Of a stretch of DNA of 64,000 nucleotides, positions 9,539 through 19,013 are shown one piece after another (position 1 is the first letter of the stretch; each line of letters opens with the position of its first letter). The position numbers and the translations under genes were made by a program. Source of the DNA: an uncultured Candidatus Binatia bacterium (GTDB lineage Bacteria > Desulfobacterota > Binatia > UBA9968 > JAJDTQ01). Location: positions 3,200,001 to 3,264,000 of the forward strand of contig OZ219754.1 of assembly GCA_964291295.2 (NCBI GenBank), read 5' to 3'. The notes below the pieces were generated by a model. It saw only the letters and a list, made by a program, of their open reading frames with translations. It had not been told where the DNA came from and did not search any database.

Positions 9539-10093
9539 TCACCCGGTGGGAAGGACCGGCATGCCCTCGGGGGCGCTGATGTCGAACGCATTGAGGGAAC
9601 AGGCAAGACCCACGTACCCGCCGATGATGCCGGTGAGCTCCGCCAGCCGGTGGTCCCCGAGGCGCGCCCGCAGTGCCCGGAAGGTCGCCTCGGTGATGCG
9701 GTGCGGAGGCCGCAACAGCTCCTGCACATAGCGGACGAACGGCGCTTCGTCGTCGTTGAGGCCCTCGGGCGCCCGGCCCTCGCCAATGGCCGCCACCACC
9801 TCCTCCCGCACCCCGGCGTCGAGGGCGTGGCCCGAGTGAGCGGCCCACTCGTACACGCAGTCCATCTCCCGGGCCACCGTGCAGATCACCAGTTCCTTTT
9901 CCTTGAGGGGAAAGTCCGAGGCGAACAGCGAATAGCCCACCAGGTGCGCCGTGCGCGCGGCCAAGTCCGGACAGTGGAGCAGATTGGCGTAGGGTGCGCC
10001 GATGCGCTTGCGGCTGGCCATGATGGCGTCATAGTGCCGCCGCTGCTCCTCCGGTACGTCCTCTCTTTTGGTGACCTCCGGTATTCGGGGCAT
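9539..10093 (-). CDS. Carboxymuconolactone decarboxylase/AhpD-like protein
   Basis: PYANLLHCP, ELVICTVAREMDCVYEWAAH, ELTGIIGGY. Confidence 0.88.
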   Translation of the reverse strand: MPRIPEVTKREDVPEEQRRHYDAIMASRKRIGAPYANLLHCPDLAARTAHLVGYSLFASDFPLKEKELVICTVAREMDCVYEWAAHSGHALDAGVREEVVAAIGEGRAPEGLNDDEAPFVRYVQELLRPPHRITEATFRALRARLGDHRLAELTGIIGGYVGLACSLNAFDISAPEGMPVLPTG

Positions 10094-10104
10094 CTCTTCC
10101 CTTC

Positions 10105-11580
10105 TCACAGCTCCGGCGTGGCGGCCGGCGGCCGCCGGTGGTGCGTGGCCTGCTCATAGGCGTAGGCGAACCGGATCATGCGGCCGTCGTCGTAGGGCCG
10201 TCCGAGAAAGGTAATCCCGGCCGGAAGACCCTGCCGGGTGAAGCCCCCGGGCACCACCACCGACGAGACGAAGACCAGAAAGGTGTTGATGTGGGGGACC
10301 CCCCTCATGTTGACCCATGGCGGCTTGACGCCTTCGGCGATGAGAGTGGGCTGGTGCTCCACCGACTTGTGCACGATGGCGTCCAGCCGATGGTCGGCCA
10401 TGACCTTCAGCAGATTACCCATGAGCCGCTCGCGCGCCAGCAGATACGCGTAGTGCCGGTCGGCGTCGAGGGGCGCCGTCCAGCGGTTCCGGGCGTTGTG
10501 ATGGACCTTGGCGAAGTCCGGCGACGCCATGGCCGCCTGGCGGGACTCGAACGGCCGCCGGGCACTCCTGCCGTAGTACCGCATGAAGGCCTCGTCGGCA
10601 CTCTTGGGGTTCCACGAGCGCCTGGCCAGCAACTCGTTGAGTTCCGGAATCACCACCGGATCCACCACCTCGGCGCCAGCGGCCCGGAGGTCCGCCACCG
10701 CCTTGTCGAACACCTCGGTGACCTGCCTGAAATCGTCGGTGTCGGGCTCCGCCATATACCCCATGGGCTCCCGCAGGATCCCGAGACGCGCGCCGGCGAG
10801 GCCGCCGGCGTCCAGGAAGTCGGTGTAGCTTGGGGGTATGTGGCCGACGCCATAGGCGGTGGCCGGATCATCGGGATCATAGCCCACCATGCCGTCCAAC
10901 AGCCGCGCCATGTCCCCCACCGTGCGGGCCATGGGGCCCAGCGAGCCGGTCAGGTCGGGCCAGCCGTCGTACACCCCGCCCCGGCTCACCAGCCCGGGCG
11001 TGGGGCGCATGCCGGCCACGCAGTTCCAGGTGGAGGGGCGGCGGATGGAGGCGTAGCCTTCCTGGCCCACCGCCAAGGTGGCGAAGTTCGCGGCCACGGC
11101 CGCGCCGGAACCGCCGGAGGAACCGCCCACGGTCCGCTCTATGTCGTAGGGGTTGCGGCTGGACCCGAACAGCGAGCCGTGGGTATCGCCCCCGCCCAGC
11201 TCCCCCAAGGTCGCCTTCGCCAGGATGATGGCCCCGGCCTGCCGGAGCCGTTCCACCACGAAGCAGTCGCGGTCGGGGTAGTAGTCCCGGAACAGCACGC
11301 TGCCCAGGGTGGTGGGCATCCCCCTGGCATCGCCCTGGTCCTTGAACACGATGGGAATGCCGTGGAGCGGGCCGGCCGGCGGCCCGGCCCCGAGCCGGTC
11401 GGCCTCCTCCAGGGCGCCAGGATTGACCGTGATGATGCAGTTGAGGGCAGGGCCGTTCCTGTCATAGGCCTCGATCCGGTCGAGGTAGGCCTGCACCAGA
11501 TCGCGCGGGGTCCATTGCCCCGACCGGTAGGCCTCGTGGACGGCCTCAATGGTGGTTTCCACTACGCGGACGGTGCTCAT
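10105..11580 (-). CDS. Amidase signature family protein
   Basis: GPLHGIPIVFKD, GGSSGGSGAAVAA, SIRRPS; GGAG RBS before ATG 11580. Confidence 0.93.
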   Translation of the reverse strand: MSTVRVVETTIEAVHEAYRSGQWTPRDLVQAYLDRIEAYDRNGPALNCIITVNPGALEEADRLGAGPPAGPLHGIPIVFKDQGDARGMPTTLGSVLFRDYYPDRDCFVVERLRQAGAIILAKATLGELGGGDTHGSLFGSSRNPYDIERTVGGSSGGSGAAVAANFATLAVGQEGYASIRRPSTWNCVAGMRPTPGLVSRGGVYDGWPDLTGSLGPMARTVGDMARLLDGMVGYDPDDPATAYGVGHIPPSYTDFLDAGGLAGARLGILREPMGYMAEPDTDDFRQVTEVFDKAVADLRAAGAEVVDPVVIPELNELLARRSWNPKSADEAFMRYYGRSARRPFESRQAAMASPDFAKVHHNARNRWTAPLDADRHYAYLLARERLMGNLLKVMADHRLDAIVHKSVEHQPTLIAEGVKPPWVNMRGVPHINTFLVFVSSVVVPGGFTRQGLPAGITFLGRPYDDGRMIRFAYAYEQATHHRRPPAATPEL

Positions 11581-11592
11581 GGGTGGCTCCTG

Positions 11593-12025
11593 GCGGTGTG
11601 TCTCATGAATGGCCTTGCATTTCGAGATTTTGAGGAAGATGGATTGACGGAAGTGGTCCGGACGAAAGGCTTGGGATTGGCATTGTGGCAAACCAGGGAG
11701 TGCTTGATGGCCGCAATCCGTTCCGGGACGCTGCGAAAGACACTGCGGCGCAGACGTTGGTGAGTCAGCTTTGCGAACCCACTTTCGACGAGATTGAGCC
11801 AGGAGGTACGGGTGGGCGTGAAATGGAGTCGGAATCGCGGGTGACCAGCCAGCCAAAGGCGCAGCGCTTCATGCTTGTGAGTTCCGTAGTTGTCCAGCAT
11901 GATGTGCCGAGTCCGGTCGCGCGGGAAGGCACGGTGGAGGCGCCGCAGGAAGTTCAGGAACTCCTGATGCCGATGGCACCCGTGGCACGGACCGATGAAG
12001 ACGCTTCGTTCAGGTACGACCGACC
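11593..12025 (-). pseudogene. IS630-family transposase C-terminal remnant
   Basis: HRHQEFLNFL, IMLDNYGTHK, HPRFRLHFTPTRTSWLNLVE, HNANPKPFV; no N-terminus; frameshift near the end. Confidence 0.88.
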
Positions 12026-12062
12026 CCGACCGTGCAGCGGCCTGCCGCTGGCGGCTACGGTC

Positions 12063-12326
12063 TCAACGCCCGGGCTTGGCGGCCAGCACCTCGTCGAGGC
12101 TCGCCGCCACCAGCACGGCCTCCGCCCAAGCCTCCAGTTCGGAGGCCGACGCACGGCGAACCCGCTCGCCGACCGCATCCGGCACATCACCGAAACGCAA
12201 CGCCAGTTGACGAAGAAGAAGTTCCGCCAAGGCCTGTATCCGGCCTCGTTCGATTCCCTCTGCTCTTCCCTGTTCGATTCCCTTCTCGATTCCCTGTTCG
12301 ATCCAGGCTTGCGCGACTGTGCCCAT
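12063..12326 (-). CDS. Putative internally initiated small Rpn product (RpnS-like, 87 aa)
   Basis: GGGAGG 5 nt upstream of in-frame ATG (MGTVAQAWIEQG). Confidence 0.6.
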   Translation of the reverse strand: MGTVAQAWIEQGIEKGIEQGRAEGIERGRIQALAELLLRQLALRFGDVPDAVGERVRRASASELEAWAEAVLVAASLDEVLAAKPGR

Positions 12327-13052
12327 CAGCGCCTCCCAACGGTCCGGCTTTGTCCGGCGCAGCGACGCCTCCAGCAATGGCGGCGTCAGGTTCATGCACT
12401 CGGCCATGTAACGCACAATATGACGCTCGAACGCGCTCCCCGCAACCGGCCCGCCCGTCATCTGGTCCAGAAGATCCGTCGGTATGTCCTCGGCATATAC
12501 CACCTTGAGCGCCAGAAGCCCGGCCCGCACTTCGGGCGAGACCGACAACCGCCCTGGCGCAATCTCGCCAAGGTCATGCAGCACATAGGCGAACTCCCTG
12601 ACGAAAGGCTCCAACTCCCCGGGCGCGTCGATCATCCCCGGCACCGAGCGCGCCGCGGTCCAGCGGCCCCGACCGTGGTAGAAAACCAGCGGAATGATCG
12701 CCGGCAGCCGGTCCCCGCCAGCGCCATTCTCGACCTCGCGGCGCCAGATGTTGACCATGTATTTCAGGAGTTGGAGCGGCGTGTCCGCGTCGACGCGGCT
12801 CTTGTGTTCGAGCAGCACATAGAGCCGCGCATCGTGGCCGCTCCTCAGTCTCACCCGGAACAGCGCATCGCACTGGGTCCGCGCGGCGTCCTCGTCCACG
12901 AAGTGGCCCTCCACCGCCTCGGGCGGGGCCTCGGGGTCGAGGAGAGCGGCGACTTCTTGCGGCAGGTATTGCGCCAGCAGCGCGGCGGCGCGGGCCGGCT
13001 CGGAGACCAGTGCCCGGAACAGCGCATCGTGGGGCGTCGTCGGAAGGCTCAC
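12063..13052 (-). CDS. rpn: Rpn/YhgA-like recombination-promoting nuclease (PD-(D/E)XK)
   Basis: PHDALFR, CDALFRV, LYVLLEHKS, PAIIPLVFYHG, EQGIEKGIEQGRAEG repeats, C-terminal LALRFG...LDEVL. Confidence 0.93.
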   Translation of the reverse strand: MSLPTTPHDALFRALVSEPARAAALLAQYLPQEVAALLDPEAPPEAVEGHFVDEDAARTQCDALFRVRLRSGHDARLYVLLEHKSRVDADTPLQLLKYMVNIWRREVENGAGGDRLPAIIPLVFYHGRGRWTAARSVPGMIDAPGELEPFVREFAYVLHDLGEIAPGRLSVSPEVRAGLLALKVVYAEDIPTDLLDQMTGGPVAGSAFERHIVRYMAECMNLTPPLLEASLRRTKPDRWEALMGTVAQAWIEQGIEKGIEQGRAEGIERGRIQALAELLLRQLALRFGDVPDAVGERVRRASASELEAWAEAVLVAASLDEVLAAKPGR

Positions 13053-13069
13053 CGGGCGGGTTCCCCGGC

Positions 13070-13234
13070 GTCTTTCGCAGCGTCCCGAAACGGATTGCCG
13101 CCATCAAGTACTCCCTGGCTTGACACAATGCCAATCCCAAGCCTTTCGTCTGGAACACATCCGTCCACTCCATCCTGCGCAAAACCATCCTGCGCGAAAT
13201 CGCGGACTGCAAGGCCATTCATGAGACACACCGC
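13070..13234 (+). pseudogene. Second IS630 3'-end remnant, inverted
   Basis: VFRSVPKRIAAIKYSLA*HNANPKPFVW; internal stop and a 15-bp duplication at 13171-13200. Confidence 0.8.
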
Positions 13235-14061
13235 TAGAAAAAGGCCAGGGTACGCATCTCGATGCTCTCCCGGGCCGGGGCGTCGGACGGCGTGCCGGGG
13301 TCGTCGAAGGCGCAGTGCAGGGTCCAGCGCGCGCGCCCGTCGCGCTCGGACTCGAAGGTCTTGAACACCACGGCCTCGTGGCGCTCCATGTGCGGGAAGT
13401 AGTACCAGCGATGCCTGGGGTTGAAGGTGTAGTGCAGCGTCTCGCCGCGGCGGTCCGGGTAGATGCGCGCCGTGGGGACAGCCCCTTCCATGTCCGTGCT
13501 GCGGGCGTCGGCGATGGCCAGCGGCTCACGTATCACCGGGCGGTTGATGGGCCGCCAGGTCTGCACCACGGCGAACCGTCCCTTGAGCAGTTCCTCGGCC
13601 TCGTCCGGCAGGAGGTCGCGGACCCGCTGGGGTCCCGACCAGTCCGTGTAGTCGTTGTGGGCGCTGCGTACCGGCCCGCCCACCTGCTTCGCCTCGCGCG
13701 TGGCCTCGTCGCCGGAACGAAGCGTATGGTCGAACACCACCACGCGTCTGGCCCCGGCCGTCTTCCTGACGAGTTCCTCGGTCTCCTTGTAGTAGACCGC
13801 ACGCACCTCTTCCTCGTCATAGAAATCCGTCATCCGGGTGTCGTGGCGCACCAGCACGAACCCCTCCCGCTCCAGCGACAGCGTGTCCGCCACGAGCCGG
13901 GCGTTCCGGATGGTCATCGTGTGACCCTCGTACCTGCCCCGGCGCCTGCGGTCCGCCTCCTTCTGGCTCAGGCCGCCGTAGCTCGCCGGGGTCTCGCCGC
14001 CCTTGATGAGGTAGTGGAGCACGCCTTCGATGGACTCCGGCGCGGTTTGAGGTCTTGCCAT
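13234..14061 (-). CDS. CmcJ/NvfI-family oxidoreductase
   Basis: SLEREGF, VFDHTLR, AHNDYT, WRP, PLAIADARS, HRWYYFPHM, RESIEMR. Confidence 0.88.
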   Translation of the reverse strand: MARPQTAPESIEGVLHYLIKGGETPASYGGLSQKEADRRRRGRYEGHTMTIRNARLVADTLSLEREGFVLVRHDTRMTDFYDEEEVRAVYYKETEELVRKTAGARRVVVFDHTLRSGDEATREAKQVGGPVRSAHNDYTDWSGPQRVRDLLPDEAEELLKGRFAVVQTWRPINRPVIREPLAIADARSTDMEGAVPTARIYPDRRGETLHYTFNPRHRWYYFPHMERHEAVVFKTFESERDGRARWTLHCAFDDPGTPSDAPARESIEMRTLAFF

Positions 14062-14288
14062 GGCACCCTCCGCGGGACCGATTGTTCTGCTGCGGGGTCG
14101 CGTGGCGGGGCCGCGAACCCCGGGGGCGCCATGATATGCATGCCGCCGTCGAATGCCCTGATGCCGTTGCCGGCCATCCGCCTGCCCGGTTCCGCGCCAT
14201 CCTCCGCAGGCCGTGTCGTCCCGCCCGCACCCCGCCATGAAAGGAAGGCCGCCCGCGCGAAGGCCGCCCGTTCCGGGCAACCTTCGCG

Positions 14289-15350
14289 CTACTGGACGGG
14301 ATCGGGAATATCGAGCTGGTAGAGATTCTTGACGTTGGTATAGACCAGCTTCTTCCGTACGTCCGCCGGCAGGTGGCCGAGGTCACGCTCGATGTAACGT
14401 TTCGATTCCGGCCACGTGGAGTTGGCGTGCGGATAGTCGTTGGACCACATGCAGTTGTCCTGCCCCCACCACTCGAAGCTGTGCCCGGCAACGGTGTCGC
14501 GGAAGAACGTGCCGAAGAACTGGTTGTTGAAGTACTCGCTGGGGTTCTTGGTGATGGAGATGGGGTTCTCCCCCTTGAACCGGTTCCAGTAATAGTCCCA
14601 TTGCTGCAACATGAACGGCATCCAGCCGATCTCGTTCTCGACGCACACGAACCGGAGGCGGGGATGGCGCTCCATGATGCCGTAGAAAATGAAGTCGAAG
14701 ACCGCGTTGATGATCTCCTGGAGCTTCAGATTGACGCTGCCGCGGTAGGGCTCGACACCGATGCGCTTGTTACCGAACACGGTCTGCTTGTGGTAGCCGT
14801 GGCCGGTGAGGATATGCAGGTGTACGGGAAGCTGGAGATCCTCGGACGCCGACCAGAACTTCTCGTAGTGGTCGGAGTGGAACGGCAGGTCCGCGTGCGG
14901 CGCCTGCCAGATCAGAGAACCCTTGAGGCCTTGTCTGGCGCAGCGTTCCAGTTCCTTGACCGCCTCGTCGATGTCGTACATGGAGATGGCCGCCACCCCC
15001 ACGAGCCGGTTGGGTGCCACCGAGCAGTAGTCCACGACCCAGTCGTTGTAGGCGCGGAACGAGACCTCCTGCAGTTTGGCGTCGTCCATGGCAAAGTGCG
15101 GCAGGAGATAGGTCGGGAAGAGGACCTCGGCGCTCACGCCGTCGGTCTCCATCTCGGCAATGCGCCTGGACGGATCGGACCCGCCCGGCTGGGTCTGGAA
15201 ACTGGTTCCCACCTCCAGCTTGGGGAAGCGCGGAACCCGGTCCCTGAAGGCCTGGGGCGCCCTTTCCACCAGCGTTTCCGACGGCTCCATGACGTGGGAG
15301 TCGGACGAGATAATGACTTCACAGCCGGCCAGCGTTCCGTTGTCTGCCAT
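14289..15350 (-). CDS. Amidohydrolase_2 family protein
   Basis: ISSDSHVMEP, AYNDW, PVHLH, ENEIGW, MWSNDYPH. Confidence 0.92.
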   Translation of the reverse strand: MADNGTLAGCEVIISSDSHVMEPSETLVERAPQAFRDRVPRFPKLEVGTSFQTQPGGSDPSRRIAEMETDGVSAEVLFPTYLLPHFAMDDAKLQEVSFRAYNDWVVDYCSVAPNRLVGVAAISMYDIDEAVKELERCARQGLKGSLIWQAPHADLPFHSDHYEKFWSASEDLQLPVHLHILTGHGYHKQTVFGNKRIGVEPYRGSVNLKLQEIINAVFDFIFYGIMERHPRLRFVCVENEIGWMPFMLQQWDYYWNRFKGENPISITKNPSEYFNNQFFGTFFRDTVAGHSFEWWGQDNCMWSNDYPHANSTWPESKRYIERDLGHLPADVRKKLVYTNVKNLYQLDIPDPVQ

Positions 15351-15567
15351 TGAATTACCCCCTCAAGAACATTTCGGAAATGTGTCGTACTTCACTTTAG
15401 CCTCTAGCATCACCTGTCCCGGGCCGTCAAGAATTCGGACGCGGCGCCAATCAAGCCGTCATGACCGCACTATTCCTTCCTCTGCCTCGAACCGCACCAG
15501 CCCGGGCATCCGGCAGGCCCCCGCCCGGGGCGCCTACCGCTCCCGAATCCGGGGCCGCGCGCCGATT

Positions 15568-16785
15568 TCAAACCGCTCCGTTTCCTTTCTTGCCGTCCTT
15601 CCCGCCCCGGGTCACGCCGCTCTCCCGCAGATCTGCCAGCGCCTCCTCGTCATAGCCCAGCCCGCGCAGGATCTCTTCGGTGTTCTCGCCCAGCAGCGGT
15701 GCGGCGCGGTGAAACCGCGCAGGTGTGCCGGACAGGCGCACGGCGTTGCCGATGAGATTGCTCGCTCCCATCTTCGGATGCCGGATCTCCTGCGGCAGGC
15801 CCATCCGTTTCACGTGCGGGTCCTCGAGAACCTCGTTGATCCTGTATATGGGCGCGTTGGGCACCTCCACGGCGTCGAGAACCTCAAGCCAATAGGCCCT
15901 GGGCCTCTTTTCGAACTCCGCCTGCAGGATGGGGACGACGTCGTAGTGATGCTCCCAGCGATCCTTGCGGGTGGCGAAACGCGGATCGTCCAGCAGATCC
16001 CGTCGTCCCACCGCCGTGACCAGCCCCTCCCAGGCTTTCTGATGCCCGGAAAGGTGAAGCACAAGAGGCTCCCGGTCGCTGGGGATGAAGCAGTAGATAC
16101 GCCCCCGGGGGAAATTCTCCCGCGTGATGGCCTCGCCTCCGTTGAGGTAGTCGGCCATGTGGGACTCGATGAATGCCAAGCTGACGCGCAGCAGCGAGGC
16201 GTCCACGAACTGGCCGCGGCCGGTCTGATGGCGCGCCAGCAGAGCCGCCAGGATGCCGTAGGCGGCGAACACGCCGGTGGAATGGTCGGTGACCGAAACC
16301 CCCGCCACCTTGGGCCGGTCGAAGTCGGTCATCAGGCTCAGCATGCCGCTCAAGGCCTGTCCGATGGTATCGAAACCAGGCTTGTCGCGGTAGGGGCCTT
16401 CCTGGCCGTAGCCCGTTATGGAACAGTGAATCAGCCCCGGATTCAGCCGGGAAAGACGCGCGTAGTCGAGGCCCAGCCTCGTGCGCGTCGCCGGACGGAA
16501 GTTCTCCAGCAGGATGTCGGCCTTGTCCAGCAACTGGAGAAGAATGTCCCTGCCCCGAGGCTTGCGCAGATCCAGGGTCAGGCTCCGCTTGTTGCGGTTG
16601 AGCGCCCGGAAACTCGGCCCGTAACCCTGATACAGGGGATTCCGCCCGCGGTGCGTGTCGCCCCCGTCCGGCAACTCCACCTTGATGACGTCGCAGCCAA
16701 GGTCGCCCAGCAGACTCCCGCAAAAAGGCCCGGCCACATGGCCGCTGAGATCCAGCGCCATGGTCCCCTGCAGTGCCGCATTCAT
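15568..16785 (-). CDS. CaiB/BaiF family (class III) CoA transferase
   Basis: AGPFC, DVIKVE, NRNKRSLTLDL, ENFRP, GYGQEGP, APLLGENT. Confidence 0.95.
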   Translation of the reverse strand: MNAALQGTMALDLSGHVAGPFCGSLLGDLGCDVIKVELPDGGDTHRGRNPLYQGYGPSFRALNRNKRSLTLDLRKPRGRDILLQLLDKADILLENFRPATRTRLGLDYARLSRLNPGLIHCSITGYGQEGPYRDKPGFDTIGQALSGMLSLMTDFDRPKVAGVSVTDHSTGVFAAYGILAALLARHQTGRGQFVDASLLRVSLAFIESHMADYLNGGEAITRENFPRGRIYCFIPSDREPLVLHLSGHQKAWEGLVTAVGRRDLLDDPRFATRKDRWEHHYDVVPILQAEFEKRPRAYWLEVLDAVEVPNAPIYRINEVLEDPHVKRMGLPQEIRHPKMGASNLIGNAVRLSGTPARFHRAAPLLGENTEEILRGLGYDEEALADLRESGVTRGGKDGKKGNGAV

Positions 16786-16970
16786 GATCTCCCCCAAGAC
16801 GTGAACCTCACGGACGCCGATGCCGGAGGGGCGGCACCGGGGTGGATGGGGACCGGGACGAGACCGACGCCGCCCCTGGTGCTGCGGGTGTGTGCGACTC
16901 CGTTGGGGCGTCCGGTGCCGTGACACAAGCGGCGAACCCGCCGCTGGACCGGCCGAAAGAACGGCACAAG

Positions 16971-17037
16971 AACCGCACGATACGGAACCCCGCGATGCCT
17001 TGAATATGGAACCCCTGAATATGAAACCGCACGATAT
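16971..17037. repeat. Degenerate ~15-bp tandem repeats
   Basis: TGAATATGGAACCCC/TGAATATGAAACCGC; AACCGCACGATA at 16971 and 17025. Confidence 0.55.
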
Positions 17038-17518
17038 CCCGAGTCTGCCGAAAACACCAGCGCACACCAGCGGCAGGCCATTCCGCAAGGTTCCGGATGA
17101 CTTCCTGGCACGCCGGCCCCGGCCGGGGGAGGTGCAGCGGCCCGCGCCAAGCGGCGAAACCCGCCCTCGACCCGGATTTTCCGTTGACGCCGCGCCGGAC
17201 CGCCCGTAGGATGCAGCACCGGTGCCTGTTGCGCGGGCGGACCGGTTGCCCGGGCCGACTCAAGGCCATGCGGGGCAGCCTGCCGGTCGCGGTCCACAAG
17301 ACAGACTCCGCAAGGGGGTGGCACGATGGATCGTGGACACCCGACGACCGCGAAAGAGCAAACCGGCTGAGCAGGGACGGAGCCGGGAGCGTGCTGCTCG
17401 AACCCCGGAAAACCATCCGGAGAATTTTCATGACGAACTCGTGCTCGACACCCGAAAACCGGCCCCTTGATCCCGGCGGGCAAACCGTGCGCTTCCGGCG
17501 CATTCGAGAGGACGCCGC

Positions 17519-17800
17519 ATGAAGACCCGGCGCGCATTCCGGCGGTTCTTCGCCCTGGGCTTCGTTCTCGTGGTGCTCGACGCACAGTTCCTGCTGGGCA
17601 GCGTGCCCGCCGCCCACGCCGTTCTGTCGCTTCTGAACACCCCCGGCGCGGTGGTCACCCTGCCGCTTCACAACGTCGTTCCCGGCGGTGGATGGGGCGT
17701 GATCGGATTGGTCGCGGTGGCAAACGGCCTCCTCTACGGACTCCTGGCGCGTCTGGTTGCCCGGACGCGCGGGCGCCGGCTGTCGGCCGGAACGGAGTGA
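17519..17800 (+). CDS. Small hypothetical membrane protein
   Basis: GAGGA RBS; 2-3 hydrophobic segments. Confidence 0.55.
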   Translation: MKTRRAFRRFFALGFVLVVLDAQFLLGSVPAAHAVLSLLNTPGAVVTLPLHNVVPGGGWGVIGLVAVANGLLYGLLARLVARTRGRRLSAGTE

Positions 17801-18026
17801 GCACTTGCACCGATTCACAGGATCGGCGGGGACGTGCCGCCATGGCGGCCGGCGCACAGGGCTGGCAAAGGCTTCGGGGGCCGCAAGGTATCTGGGAGGC
17901 GTCATGAAGCGTACGCCATGAAGACCGGACCGCGGGGTCCGCACACATCCTCCGGGTGATCCGCCGGGTGCCGCGGCTCCAAACGCCGCGGCTGGAACCG
18001 TGCCTGGCGAAACCCCGTCCGGGTAT

Positions 18027-18833
18027 TCAGGCCTTGCGCGCCGGCGCCAGCACCGATGTAACTCCGCGGCCGGCGTCGGTGTGAATGACTTCGCCGGTCA
18101 TGATGCGGGACTGGGACGAGGCCAGCAGGACGTAGGCGGCCGCGTGGTCCTCCGGCACCACCGTGACCTGGAGAAGGTTTCCGCTCATTCCCGCGGCCGG
18201 CCGGGGAGCACCGAAGACGTCGTCCCCGCCCGCTCCCGGAGCCAGCGACGGCGCCGCGCGCAGACCGGTGACGGTGCCGGACGGCGCCACGCCGTTGACT
18301 CGGACCGTGGGCGCCAACTCGTTGGCCAACTGGCGCACCATGCCCAGCGCCGCGTGCTTGGAGGCGACGTACAGGGTCCCGCCGCTCACGTAGTAGGACG
18401 ACGTGGACAGCGTGAAGACCATGTTGCCGCGGCTCTTCATCAGTTCGCGGATGGCGGCCTTGGCACCCAGAAGACAGCCCTTGACATTGACCCCGAAGAC
18501 CTCGTCGTAACCCCGCTCCAACTCTTCGTCCGAGAGCTCCGCCAGGGGCCGTCTGGCGTCGTGGATCCCGGCGTTGCCCACGAACACGCTCAGACGGCCG
18601 AACGCCGACACCGCGGCCGACACCGCCCGGCGGTTGTCCTCCAGGCTCCGCACGTCGCCGGACACCACCGCCACGGGGTCGCCCATCTCCTCCTTCAGCG
18701 CGGCCAGCCGCTCCCCGGAACGGTCGAAGGCCACCACCTTCGCGCCTTCCTGTATGAAACGCGCCACCACCGCCCTGCCGATTCCCGATCCGGCCCCGGT
18801 CACGACGGCCACCTCGTTCTCCAGCCATTGCAT
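18027..18833 (-). CDS. SDR, cis-dihydrodiol dehydrogenase (HcaB/BphB)-like
   Basis: TGAGSGIG, GNAGIHD, YVASKHA, ELAPTVRVNGVAP; GAGGAGG RBS. Confidence 0.88.
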   Translation of the reverse strand: MQWLENEVAVVTGAGSGIGRAVVARFIQEGAKVVAFDRSGERLAALKEEMGDPVAVVSGDVRSLEDNRRAVSAAVSAFGRLSVFVGNAGIHDARRPLAELSDEELERGYDEVFGVNVKGCLLGAKAAIRELMKSRGNMVFTLSTSSYYVSGGTLYVASKHAALGMVRQLANELAPTVRVNGVAPSGTVTGLRAAPSLAPGAGGDDVFGAPRPAAGMSGNLLQVTVVPEDHAAAYVLLASSQSRIMTGEVIHTDAGRGVTSVLAPARKA

Positions 18834-18936
18834 GGACGTCACCTCCTCGCGGCGATGGATGCGGGTGTTCGATCCCGGCAACCCTTTGTAGGGCAGGGCG
18901 CGGCGGAAAGCCAGCGCCGCGGGCCGCCGGGCAAAC

Positions 18937-18966
18937 TTGACACCGGCGAGGGCGCGGGCATAGATT
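18937..18966 (+). promoter_or_regulatory. Sigma70-type promoter for the TauD-family gene
   Basis: TTGACA-18 nt-TAGATT. Confidence 0.55.
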
Positions 18967-19013
18967 CGCGCTCGTGTGCGCGGGAACATCGCTACCTCCG
19001 GGAGGCAATATCC

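Larger units (their letters stand above)
11593..13234. mobile_element. Non-autonomous composite-like element: two inverted IS630 3' ends enclosing rpn
   Basis: 11593-11741 and 13070-13234 are imperfect reverse complements with identical 27-bp termini GCGGTGTGTCTCATGAATGGCCTTGCA; flanked by TG (left) and TA (right). Confidence 0.75.

Noticed and set aside
11581-11856. N-terminal extension of the amidase in the ORF track
   Set aside because: It runs through the IS630 remnant; the RBS-supported start is 11580.
17350-17395. c-di-GMP-I riboswitch (GCAAACC...GGGACG)
   Set aside because: Lacks the GAAA-capped P1 stem, the GCAAA junction and a convincing P2.
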